In this document: piece after piece, positions 7,269 to 15,431 of the stretch
Position numbering within the stretch: the stretch's first letter is position 1
Layout of the letters: every line of letters starts with the position of its first letter
Virus record (IMG/VR): IMGVR_UViG_3300023223_000669
Location: 32,001-96,000 of that record
DNA: 64,000 bases
Reading direction: 5' to 3' (one strand)
DNA from: a virus
Notes under the pieces: generated by a model
Told to the model about the DNA's origin: nothing
Databases searched by the model: none
What the model saw: only the letters and a program-made list of their open reading frames with translations
Program-made: the position numbers and the translations under genes

Positions 7269-8324
7269 ATGACGATTCAAGGTTATTTCAATGCTCGCCT
7301 GGAAGGCGACACCCGCCCCAAGGGCATGTTCGCTGGTATCGAAGGGGAGACCTCCGAAGATATCATCGAGAGCATCCAGGACTTCCTGGTAGCTGCTGGG
7401 CGGAACTACGGCATCCTCCGGGTGCCTGCCTATGTCAACGATCCGTTCGGTGGGGTGGATGATGATGGGAAAGTCGTTCCCGCTCTCCGCGAGGTCGAGA
7501 ATCAATTTCACCTCGCCCGCACGAACGACGGGCACATCGTTTCACCGCATACGGTCACCGCACAGTATGCCCCGATGACCCTGATGGATGTCGCGACCGA
7601 GGTGCAGCCGTTTTGTGATAACGGTTGGGCTACCCCCGATGCCGTCTATGATGGCAAGAATGGTAGCGTTGAGCTTCTTTCGCTTCGCCTTGATGCTGGC
7701 GGTAGGCTTCCCAACGGGGAACTATGGTCGCATCATATCGTGTTCCGTCTCCCGCATGGTAGCGGCGGGAAAATCAAGGGCACGATCATGAGCCACCGCA
7801 ACACTTGCTCTAACGTGTTTAGTGCAATTGGACGGGGCTTCGAACTCGTGGTCACGCACCGTTGTTCCGCCAAGATGACGGAAGATGAGCGTCAAGCCAT
7901 CATGTCCGAACGGGCACAAGCCGCCATCTCTGCATGGGCTCAAGTCCAGGACTACCTCGATACCCTTTCCAAGCGTATCGAAACGTGGTCCGCACAAGCC
8001 GTCTCCTTCGCTCAGGCGGAGGGACTGACGGACAAGCTGCTGGGTATCACCGATCTCGATAAGGCCAGCACGCGGAAGAAGAACGTCCGAGAGGCCATCC
8101 TCTCCGGGTTCTCCATGCCGCAGTATGGCACGTTCGGGGCGACTGTGTACGATTGGATGAACGCCGTGACGTTTATCAACTCCAGCCCGAATTCGGCCAT
8201 GGTGAAGAAGTCCAAGGTTTCGGCCGTGGACCGTCTCATCCGCATCATCGACCCGAACGGCTCAGGCTACAAGCTTGAGGCAAAGGCCGAGAAAATCGCT
8301 GCCGCGTTCGTAAGCAACGCCTAA
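7269..8324 (+). CDS. DUF932/TIGR03299-like protein
   Basis: 351 aa; VTAQYAPMT..., HGSGGKI...RNTCSN, ..THR, TVYDWMNAVT pattern typical of the family; own promoter at about 7206-7233. Confidence 0.7.
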   Translation: MTIQGYFNARLEGDTRPKGMFAGIEGETSEDIIESIQDFLVAAGRNYGILRVPAYVNDPFGGVDDDGKVVPALREVENQFHLARTNDGHIVSPHTVTAQYAPMTLMDVATEVQPFCDNGWATPDAVYDGKNGSVELLSLRLDAGGRLPNGELWSHHIVFRLPHGSGGKIKGTIMSHRNTCSNVFSAIGRGFELVVTHRCSAKMTEDERQAIMSERAQAAISAWAQVQDYLDTLSKRIETWSAQAVSFAQAEGLTDKLLGITDLDKASTRKKNVREAILSGFSMPQYGTFGATVYDWMNAVTFINSSPNSAMVKKSKVSAVDRLIRIIDPNGSGYKLEAKAEKIAAAFVSNA

Positions 8325-8330
8325 TCAAAC

Positions 8331-8372
8331 CCTCAAGGGGCCGCTTGACAAAGCGGCCCCTTGAGGTATACT
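8331..8372 (+). promoter_or_regulatory. palindromic promoter cassette 1
   Basis: CCTCAAGGGGCCGCTT-GACA-AAGCGGCCCCTTGAGG then TATACT; TTGACA at the apex. Confidence 0.85.
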
Positions 8373-8378
8373 CTGTCA

Positions 8379-8597
8379 ATGGCAAGACACACTATCGGTT
8401 TCAAACGTGGTTCCGTCCGGGGTGCTCCGCCAGATGTGTACATCGGATTCGGGACCTACGCTAACGAGAATGACAGAGAACCCTGGGCAGACGCTTTCAA
8501 GCTCTGCAAGCATTACGGCATCATCGCCCTAGGTTTGGTTCTCCTGTTCTTTGTCGGTTCCGTTCTTTGGGTTCTCGGATGGATACCCGACGACTAA
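8379..8597 (+). CDS. small membrane protein
   Basis: C-terminal TM helix; ATG 6 nt after -10. Confidence 0.6.
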   Translation: MARHTIGFKRGSVRGAPPDVYIGFGTYANENDREPWADAFKLCKHYGIIALGLVLLFFVGSVLWVLGWIPDD

Positions 8598-8605
8598 ACA
8601 TAAAT

Positions 8606-8646
8606 CCAAGGGGCCGCTTGACAAAGCGGCCCCTTGGTGTTATACT
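8606..8646 (+). promoter_or_regulatory. palindromic promoter cassette 2
   Basis: CCAAGGGGCCGCTT-GACA-AAGCGGCCCCTTGG, TATACT. Confidence 0.85.
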
Positions 8647-8654
8647 GTAGCATC

Positions 8655-8837
8655 ATGGATAAAGAAACAACAATCTTCGCGACCATCGGGGTCTTCGTCC
8701 TCGTGATCCTGACCGCCCTATGCACATGGGGTCTCACCCGTGACACAATGCGGACCGACGCCATGGCCCACGGTGCGGGTCATTGGGTCATCGTGGACAG
8801 TGACAATGCTTTCGTTTGGGGACCGGCCCCAGAATAG
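8655..8837 (+). CDS. small membrane protein
   Basis: N-terminal TM helix. Confidence 0.6.
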   Translation: MDKETTIFATIGVFVLVILTALCTWGLTRDTMRTDAMAHGAGHWVIVDSDNAFVWGPAPE

Positions 8838-8964
8838 CTACAAGTTTTTCAAGACCCCTTAACGTATATCATACGTGACCGCCCCTGCCGATATGGCCTG
8901 CCATATCGGCAGGAATATGTTTCCTGCCAATTTGGCCGAGTACACGCTGCTCCTCAACACTACC

Positions 8965-8993
8965 ATTATACCGCCCCGAAGGGCGGTAGTCAA
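8965..8993 (-). promoter_or_regulatory. leftward promoter into non-coding tract
   Basis: TTGACT-17-TATAAT with CCGCCC-TTCG-GGGCGG hairpin in spacer. Confidence 0.75.
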
Positions 8994-9161
8994 GCTAGAA
9001 AACACAAACCATACAAACTAAGTGCTCGATGTCGTGTAAAATGGGCCGCTCAAGGGGGCTGGGATGCCGCGTGCTGGCATATCTCGACCCGCCCGCGTAC
9101 CCATAGCACGCAGAGCGTGCGAAAGCCCGGGAGGGACGAGGAGAGGGCGGGTCGAGCGATT
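8988..9161. repeat. ~173-bp non-coding element, copy 1
   Basis: collinear blocks shared with 13542-13713 at offset 4552. Confidence 0.85.
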
Positions 9162-9206
9162 TCAATTTAGAGCTTGCATTCTCCCGATTGTGGGGTATGA
9201 TAGGGC

Positions 9207-9431
9207 ATGAAGCAAGAAGATAACAATCCGTTCCGCCCCGTGGCTCCCCGCCCCGGTGATGCCCTGTTTGGGGGTCGCCGTGAGGCTATCGCTGCCTCTC
9301 GCTGCATGCCCGCCCCTGTCGGGTGCGGCGGATCCGTTTCGGTTCAAGGGTTCCGCGACGATCTCTCCCGGAAAGAATTTCGCATCTCTGGTCTTTGCCA
9401 GGCATGTCAGGATTCTGTTTTCGGAACATGA
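9207..9431 (+). CDS. small Cys-containing hypothetical protein
   Basis: C...C...CQACQD; promoter TTGCAT-16-TATGAT at 9174-9201. Confidence 0.65.
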   Translation: MKQEDNNPFRPVAPRPGDALFGGRREAIAASRCMPAPVGCGGSVSVQGFRDDLSRKEFRISGLCQACQDSVFGT

Positions 9432-9877
9432 AATCGCATAAGTTTTGGAAAAAGGCTTCCATCCCGGATCAATGCTGGGAATGGCAAGGTGGGAAATCTG
9501 TTCCTGGTGGATATGGAAAGACAACCCGGAAAAATAGGACAGAATATGCCCATAGAGTAGCCTGGGAATTATTTCACGGCGAGAAAATTCCCGACGATCT
9601 TTGTGTTTTACATAAGTGTGACAATACAGCATGTGTAAATCCTTTCCACCTATTTCTAGGAACGAAGGGAGAAAATAATACCGATCGGGCAAACAAAGGC
9701 CGTAATGGCAATGTAAGAGGTGAAGCCCACGGTAATGCAAAACTTTCTGCTAAACAAGTCGAGCAGATTAGAAAACTTTACACAACGAAAAATTATTCTC
9801 ATAGTGATCTAGCAGAAATGTTTTCGGTTTGTGCGGCTACAATCGGAAAAATTTGTAGACAAGAAAGATGGAAATAA
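9428..9877 (+). CDS. HNH endonuclease (HNH_3 type, C-terminal HTH)
   Basis: CWEWQG...AHRVAWE...VLHKCDNTACVNPFHL...GTKGENNTD. Confidence 0.9.
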   Translation: MKSHKFWKKASIPDQCWEWQGGKSVPGGYGKTTRKNRTEYAHRVAWELFHGEKIPDDLCVLHKCDNTACVNPFHLFLGTKGENNTDRANKGRNGNVRGEAHGNAKLSAKQVEQIRKLYTTKNYSHSDLAEMFSVCAATIGKICRQERWK

Positions 9878-9935
9878 TCCTTGCCCAAAAGTCGATTTCC
9901 CTTGCTTTCCGCCCGTAGGATAGTATACTGCTGTC

Positions 9936-10100
9936 ATGGATGAAAAGCTGTTTGAGCGTTTCGAGGAAGCCGTCCAAGAGTATTTCGACCACGGCACGGC
10001 AGCGGGCCTTGCAGCCAAGAAAACCCTTCGCGAAGAGGTGGGCGACGAAATAATGGTAGAGCTTGCCGACGAGTATCGAAAACGTAAGGGAATGAAATGA
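9936..10100 (+). CDS. hypothetical protein
   Basis: 54 aa MDEKLFERF..., promoter TTGCTT-16-TATACT directly upstream. Confidence 0.6.
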   Translation: MDEKLFERFEEAVQEYFDHGTAAGLAAKKTLREEVGDEIMVELADEYRKRKGMK

Positions 10101-10417
10101 CAGAATACCCCGAAAGTCAGATAGGCTGGATCCGCGAGCGTCCTGCTCGTGCCCTGAAAATCTATTTCAAGGGTAGCCGATCGTCTGCCATTACGGAGAT
10201 GTGCATTGGATGCATTGGCTCCGCTCAAGAGGCTAAGAAATGCGAATGTCTTGATTGCCCCTTGTGGCTGTTCCGTCCAGGGGCAATCAAGGGGCAGGTA
10301 CCGGAGCACGTCCCTTCGTCGGACGAGCTTGCAAAGCTCGCCGACGAGAAGGTATCGCCCGCCGTGCGGGAGCACGCACGGAGGCTAGGCGAGTCGAGGA
10401 AAAAGGTGACGGAATGA
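10097..10417 (+). CDS. hypothetical Cys-rich protein
   Basis: CIGC...CECLDCPLW. Confidence 0.65.
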   Translation: MTEYPESQIGWIRERPARALKIYFKGSRSSAITEMCIGCIGSAQEAKKCECLDCPLWLFRPGAIKGQVPEHVPSSDELAKLADEKVSPAVREHARRLGESRKKVTE

Positions 10418-10740
10418 AATTCGAAGAAGCATTAGCTATCGTTTTTTGTCTAGCCCAACAGAATCAACTCGAAAACGACGTTATCGAGGATGATCCGGTT
10501 TTGCTGAAAGAATATGAACGCCAGACAGAAGCTATTGAGATTGTGAGTGATTTTGCTCATAACGTAGACCTTTCCGAATTCGACGCGGACGACGAACCGA
10601 CGGGGCGGCCCGTTGTTGTGACGTGTCATTCATGCGGGGAGGTACTTGATTCGCATGATGAAGGTGAAGATCAAACATGCGGCGGTTGCGGTTCTTGTGA
10701 CGTGACGGTGGATGCCAATGGACCACCTATCGGCTCGTGA
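10414..10740 (+). CDS. hypothetical protein with C-terminal Zn ribbon
   Basis: CHSC...CGGCGSC. Confidence 0.6.
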   Translation: MKFEEALAIVFCLAQQNQLENDVIEDDPVLLKEYERQTEAIEIVSDFAHNVDLSEFDADDEPTGRPVVVTCHSCGEVLDSHDEGEDQTCGGCGSCDVTVDANGPPIGS

Positions 10741-10795
10741 AACTTCTCCTTTTTCTCCTTGCTTATTGTCATACGTGGGGTATAATCCTGATACT

Positions 10796-10963
10796 ATGGA
10801 TAAGGAGAACAAAGGGATGATACAAGTAGAAATCACCGAAGAGGATGCTGTAGAGCTTCGCTGGATCATACGATCCAGGGGCGGCAGCGGACTACGTAGC
10901 AAACTCAAAACCGCCTTATTCGGTCTCAAGCCTGAATGGGCTGAGGAATTCGAGGAAGAATAA
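10796..10963 (+). CDS. hypothetical protein
   Basis: promoter TTGCTT-16-TATAAT upstream. Confidence 0.55.
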   Translation: MDKENKGMIQVEITEEDAVELRWIIRSRGGSGLRSKLKTALFGLKPEWAEEFEEE

Positions 10964-10966
10964 GAC

Positions 10967-11293
10967 ATGGAAATCATTACCGAACAAGTCGCGGGTCGCA
11001 TGATCCGCCAGGAAAGTGGCGGCAGGCTCTTTGGCGTTACCTTCCGCAAGGCGGACGGCAACGTCCGTAGGCTCGTCGGCCGTCGCGGCGTGCAACTCGG
11101 CGTCAAGGGCACCGGCAACCCCGAGCCCGTTGGTATCGTCCGGGTTCACGAGTTCGTCACGCGAGCCGAAACGGTCCGCGACGGCAAGGGCCTCTACGCG
11201 GGTGACGGCAACGCCACCACGCAATGGCGGAGCTTCCGGCTCGATCGGCTGGAGAAACTCCGCATGGGCGGAAAAGAGTACCAGGTCGCTTAG
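10967..11293 (+). CDS. Sm-like/SH3 (WYL_2/DUF2693-like) protein
   Basis: FGVTFRKADGNVRRLVG...WRSFRLDRL. Confidence 0.6.
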   Translation: MEIITEQVAGRMIRQESGGRLFGVTFRKADGNVRRLVGRRGVQLGVKGTGNPEPVGIVRVHEFVTRAETVRDGKGLYAGDGNATTQWRSFRLDRLEKLRMGGKEYQVA

Positions 11294-11310
11294 CCTTCGG
11301 CTAAAGAAAA

Positions 11311-11351
11311 CCCAAGGGGCCGCTTGACATGGCGGCCCCTTGGGGTATACT
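11311..11351 (+). promoter_or_regulatory. palindromic promoter cassette 3
   Basis: CCCAAGGGGCCGC-TTGACATG-GCGGCCCCTTGGG, TATACT. Confidence 0.85.
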
Positions 11352-11357
11352 ACTAAC

Positions 11358-11588
11358 ATGAAATTAGAATTCGACAGTATAGAGGAAGTCAAAGCATTCG
11401 TGGTCAACCTTGGTGGCGTGAATACCGCTACCTTCAAGCATCCCGGCGACGTAGCTCTCACGCTTGCCAAACTTGCGAATGAGGGCATGCGTGGTGGTAA
11501 AATTCAGGCTATCAAAATCTTTCGAGCTGTCACTGGACATGATCTCAAAGCATCAAAGGTAGCGATCGATAATGTTTGGGATTATTAG
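11358..11588 (+). CDS. ribosomal protein L7/L12 C-terminal-domain-like protein
   Basis: GKIQAIKIFRAVTGHDLKASKVAID. Confidence 0.75.
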   Translation: MKLEFDSIEEVKAFVVNLGGVNTATFKHPGDVALTLAKLANEGMRGGKIQAIKIFRAVTGHDLKASKVAIDNVWDY

Positions 11589-11622
11589 CTTGCTTCCTAG
11601 TATAGCCGTGCTATACTAGGGT

Positions 11623-11769
11623 ATGAACGAGCAAAACGAAATCCGTGGCGACGAGCGTGAAGACGCTTTCGAGAATGCCCCCGAGCAGTCCGAGCTTACC
11701 GAGAAGGAGCTTGACGAGCAGGAGGCCATGCAGAATCCCGGCGGGGATCCTTGGCGACTGGAGTGGTAA
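11623..11769 (+). CDS. small highly acidic protein
   Basis: 48 aa MNEQNEIRGDEREDAFE...; promoter at 11590-11617. Confidence 0.5.
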   Translation: MNEQNEIRGDEREDAFENAPEQSELTEKELDEQEAMQNPGGDPWRLEW

Positions 11770-11923
11770 TGATGGACCACGGTCCTGCTGTCCGTAAGCC
11801 CAAGATGGTCATAACCGTTTTATGCTTATGGGTAATCCTCGTTTTCGGGCTTGACATCTTGAAAGCATGGGGTATACTCTAGTGGTTCGAATGATCGAGC
11901 AGAGTCAAGTAGGAGACTGAGCC

Positions 11924-12130
11924 ATGAAAGAGAAAGACACGAAGGCCTGGAGGGAAGTTAGCCGTATGCAACGAGAAGCCGCAAAAGAGACAAAAGGTGA
12001 ACTGGTGGCATCGTGCAGGCTGCACGAGAAAACTATCGTTGCTCTGATCGAAGAGAACAAGTGCCTACGGCTAAAGCTTTCTCAAGCTGAGAAACACCTA
12101 GCTAACCTTGGTGCTACCAAGGAGGACTGA
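11924..12130 (+). CDS. coiled-coil hypothetical protein
   Basis: AGGAG RBS; heptad pattern. Confidence 0.6.
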   Translation: MKEKDTKAWREVSRMQREAAKETKGELVASCRLHEKTIVALIEENKCLRLKLSQAEKHLANLGATKED

Positions 12131-12180
12131 GCCACGAGTGTAAACCATATGCTCCTTGAGCGGAGCGAAGGGACGAAGCA

Positions 12181-12375
12181 ATGAAAATCCGCACCATTTC
12201 GAGCAACGACAAAAAAGGCACGGCTATGATCGTGCTAGTGCAGCCCGATCCCAATAACAAGGGACGGGATATGAGCGAAACTCGCCACCTCAAGGGGAAA
12301 GGCGATTTCTGGACGGACAACGACGGAAACGTGTTCACCCGCAACGGTGCTAGCTTCACGCTGAGGGGCGAGTAA
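12181..12375 (+). CDS. hypothetical protein
   Basis: ORF in rightward run. Confidence 0.55.
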   Translation: MKIRTISSNDKKGTAMIVLVQPDPNNKGRDMSETRHLKGKGDFWTDNDGNVFTRNGASFTLRGE

Positions 12376-12626
12376 TGCTAACCAGCAAGGAAGCAAAACG
12401 CAAGGCGGCGGTTATAGCGGTCCGTTGTCGTGTCATCGCCGACATTGCCGTAGCCGTAGGGAGCGAAGCGGTCAAGCTGCCCGAGGGCCACCCTAACAAG
12501 AAGCAAGTCCGCATGTGCCTTGAAACACTCAAGAAAATCGTGGATAAAGCGACCGAAGAGGCCATGCTTTACCTGGCCTTTGCGGACGAGGTGCCCGAGC
12601 AAGTCTTGAGAGATCGCCTCAAGTAA
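12375..12626 (+). CDS. hypothetical protein
   Basis: TAATG coupling. Confidence 0.6.
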   Translation: MLTSKEAKRKAAVIAVRCRVIADIAVAVGSEAVKLPEGHPNKKQVRMCLETLKKIVDKATEEAMLYLAFADEVPEQVLRDRLK

Positions 12627-12631
12627 TCACA

Positions 12632-12674
12632 ATCGGGGGAAGTCGCTTGACTTCCCCCGATGATGTGGTACTAT
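12632..12674 (+). promoter_or_regulatory. palindromic promoter cassette 4 (different arm sequence)
   Basis: ATCGGGGGAAGTC-GCTT-GACTTCCCCCGAT; TTGACT-16-TACTAT. Confidence 0.75.
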
Positions 12675-12679
12675 ACAGC

Positions 12680-12871
12680 ATGGAAGCACAGCACACATGC
12701 CGTTTCTGTGACGCCCCTGTGACGGATCCCCTAGCAATCGAACGAGCAGAGCGTATTGCTCGCAACGTCAATGCAAGGGGCAACCATGTCACGGGGCAGC
12801 CCTGGATTACGCCGGTACGCCCCGCCTATTTCTGCTCCCCTGAGTGCGTATACGCCAAGTATATAGGCTGA
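12680..12871 (+). CDS. small Zn-finger-like protein
   Basis: CRFC...FCSPEC. Confidence 0.6.
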   Translation: MEAQHTCRFCDAPVTDPLAIERAERIARNVNARGNHVTGQPWITPVRPAYFCSPECVYAKYIG

Positions 12872-13038
12872 TGGAACGCGGACGCCGAGTAAGGCATTAC
12901 GCCATGGGGCACGAGCAAACGCCTTCGGGTGATAGCCTGGAGGTGCTGGGTAAGCTAGCCAAGGCGATCCTTTGGATCGCCTTGGTGTTTTTACCCTTAG
13001 TTTTTCTTGACTTCGTGTGCGGACGGGGTACACTGTAA
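12871..13038 (+). CDS. small membrane protein
   Basis: C-terminal TM helix. Confidence 0.5.
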   Translation: MERGRRVRHYAMGHEQTPSGDSLEVLGKLAKAILWIALVFLPLVFLDFVCGRGTL

Positions 13039-13040
13039 TC

Positions 13041-13319
13041 ATGCAAGCAATCGAAATACATTCCCTTTTTCAAGCGGACGAAGCATACCGCGAATTGGGA
13101 GCAACGCATTACCACGACTCACACTATCCCGGCAGTCGCCGTATGTGCGATTGGGGTTGGAGAGAGGGCGGCCTATTCTCCCGCCACTATTTCAACGCCG
13201 AAGGAACCGAGATTGGCTTAGTTATTCCCGACTTCTTCCCTCTGGACATGGGGGTCCAAATATTCGATAAGCCCCGCGTGTGGGGAATCGAGCACGACCT
13301 ACACCCGCTGACTGTATAG
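13041..13319 (+). CDS. hypothetical protein
   Basis: ORF in rightward run. Confidence 0.6.
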   Translation: MQAIEIHSLFQADEAYRELGATHYHDSHYPGSRRMCDWGWREGGLFSRHYFNAEGTEIGLVIPDFFPLDMGVQIFDKPRVWGIEHDLHPLTV

Positions 13320-13519
13320 CGGCCGGGCGTAGCACTTGGGAACATAGTTCCCAAAAATCGTACAAGGTACACAATAACGCTTTTAATACACTACTTTTAC
13401 CCATTTCCCGATTGTAACGGTTGGGTAGCCTGTCGCAGTTTTACATAACTTTTACATTCCCGGATCTGCCAAAATGGCAGTCTGTCCTGCCAAAATGGCG
13501 GTTACGAACTGGACGCTAA

Positions 13520-13547
13520 ATTATACCCTGTTTTACGCCTATGTCAA
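13520..13547 (-). promoter_or_regulatory. leftward promoter into non-coding tract
   Basis: TTGACA-16-TATAAT. Confidence 0.8.
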
Positions 13548-13713
13548 GTAGCAACACAAACTTTACAAACCAGATGCTCGGTCCCGTGTAAAATGGCCCG
13601 CTCAAGGCACCTCAATTGCCTCGTGTTAGCATATCTCGACCCCACCGCGTAGGGCTTGCACGCGGAGCGTGCGAAGGGCTGGCACGAGCGAGGAGAGAGC
13701 GTCTGGAGCGATT
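13542..13713. repeat. ~173-bp non-coding element, copy 2
   Basis: see 8988-9161. Confidence 0.85.
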
Positions 13714-13777
13714 GTTCGAGAATTGTAAGTCTCACATTTGGTTGTTGCTTCTCCCCCATTTTACGGTATTGTTCCTT

Positions 13778-13963
13778 ATGAGAAACGCAAACGGGATGAC
13801 GCGGGAAGAAAATACCGCCCGCCGCATGGTCATCGTGACGGTGCTGAAAAAACTTCGCACCGTGGTCCGGGAAGGCAATTCCGCCTACGAAAGAATGGCA
13901 CAGAACATTCTGACCAGGGAAAATGATGCTGCCGATGCCTTGATTCGGGAAGCCCTTTCCTAG
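13778..13963 (+). CDS. hypothetical protein
   Basis: promoter TTGCTT-16-TATTGT at 13745-13772. Confidence 0.55.
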   Translation: MRNANGMTREENTARRMVIVTVLKKLRTVVREGNSAYERMAQNILTRENDAADALIREALS

Positions 13964-14116
13964 CAAGGGAAATCGAATTTCCCCCTCATGTTTAGCACCC
14001 CGGATGCCGATAGTATACAGTAGGAAGGAAACGAACATGAGACTAAGAAATAAAATCCTGGCCCTCGCTTTCGCCGTTTCACCCTTTGCTTACATGGCTG
14101 TTAGGGTGATGACGAT

Positions 14117-14374
14117 ATGAGAAAAAAATACCCTGGCCCCGATGGAATTCTTTGCCACCTATGCGGGATCCGCTTGGACGACCCGCGTCATATGGCATGG
14201 GAAAAAAAAGACGGTACTTGCCAAATCTTTCTCCATAGCTTCTCGGATGACGAATCCGGGACAGCGTACCCTACCCTTGTCTGTGAGGCCCCAGGGTGCA
14301 ATACCCTCCACCGTGGAACAATCCGCCCGTGGGCATGCTCATCAGCATGCTATGCGGAAATAGTTTCCCTGTAG
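14117..14374 (+). CDS. Cys-rich hypothetical protein
   Basis: CHLC...CEAPGC...CSSAC. Confidence 0.55.
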   Translation: MRKKYPGPDGILCHLCGIRLDDPRHMAWEKKDGTCQIFLHSFSDDESGTAYPTLVCEAPGCNTLHRGTIRPWACSSACYAEIVSL

Positions 14375-14618
14375 CCTAGGCGATAGCAACGCCTAGGGGT
14401 GGCCCTTGGCCCCCCTATGGCGTTATCTTTTTTCGTGCGGGGCTAAGCTACGCTCGGCTCGGCCATCATGCGGCATGGGCCAGCACACGCCCCTACAGCA
14501 TATGAAATTTCTTCCTGGGGGTACTGTATCATAACTGTAAGGCACGAATTTGGTTTTTGCTTTTCCAAGCGGATAGGGTATACTGACAACGGATTCGGAA
14601 ACCAAAGGAAACGGAACG

Positions 14619-14879
14619 ATGTCATACGCCGCAAACAAAACAGTGACCGACAGCCTGGCCCGCCAGATTGCCGCTCTGATGGGTCGCCCCCATGGGATCC
14701 GCCTCTATCTGAGGGGCGAATACAGCACCCCCGAGGAGCTTCGGCAGGCCGAACGTAAGGCCCGCGTAATGGCGGAGTGCGAAGCCATCAACGGAGAGCA
14801 ACGGGCCGCCTCCAGGCAGGCCGCCAGTCAGGCCGCATGCGAAATAGTTTACGGTCGGGCCGCCAAGGGTGGAAAATAA
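14619..14879 (+). CDS. hypothetical protein
   Basis: promoter TTGCTT-16-TATACT upstream. Confidence 0.6.
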   Translation: MSYAANKTVTDSLARQIAALMGRPHGIRLYLRGEYSTPEELRQAERKARVMAECEAINGEQRAASRQAASQAACEIVYGRAAKGGK

Positions 14880-15124
14880 TGTACACCCTTGCTCTCACCT
14901 CGGCAGACCTCAAGACGATCGCCTTCGTAGGCGGAAGATACTTCTGGAGCGAAAGCCTTTCCAGCCTGGGCTTGGGGTGGAACAAAGTACCCGAGCATGA
15001 GGCATGGGAAATCGTTTCCCATTTTACAGAGGATACTGAGGGGGGACATTCTTTCTTCCCCATGCTATCCCACACGAGCAGCCTAGCAGGAAAACTTTTC
15101 ACATTCATGGAGGAGATCGTCTGA
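14879..15124 (+). CDS. hypothetical protein
   Basis: TAATG coupling. Confidence 0.6.
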   Translation: MYTLALTSADLKTIAFVGGRYFWSESLSSLGLGWNKVPEHEAWEIVSHFTEDTEGGHSFFPMLSHTSSLAGKLFTFMEEIV

Positions 15125-15309
15125 TGTGGAAAAAACTTCTCATCGGTGCTGCTCTCGTGGTGGGGGGCTACGCTGTCGGGGCCAAGGCCCCTAGCGTCTA
15201 CTGTGGTACGCTGGAGGGGTGGGCCGATGGCACGGGCTCGCCTTGCGAGGCCGTAGCGGCCCATTTCGAGCCCTTCTGTGCCCGCCATTGGTACGAGGTG
15301 ACACAGTGA
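15124..15309 (+). CDS. small exported/membrane protein
   Basis: signal-like N terminus, GGAG RBS. Confidence 0.55.
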   Translation: MWKKLLIGAALVVGGYAVGAKAPSVYCGTLEGWADGTGSPCEAVAAHFEPFCARHWYEVTQ

Positions 15310-15431
15310 AGAAAATACGCACACGAACATTCTTCCTAGTGCAGCTAACGGTATTTATTGCTGCATTGCGAGTGTTCGCATACGTCAACGGCTTCGGGTA
15401 GCAAGAATTTCCGTCTCGTTTCGTTTCCGGA

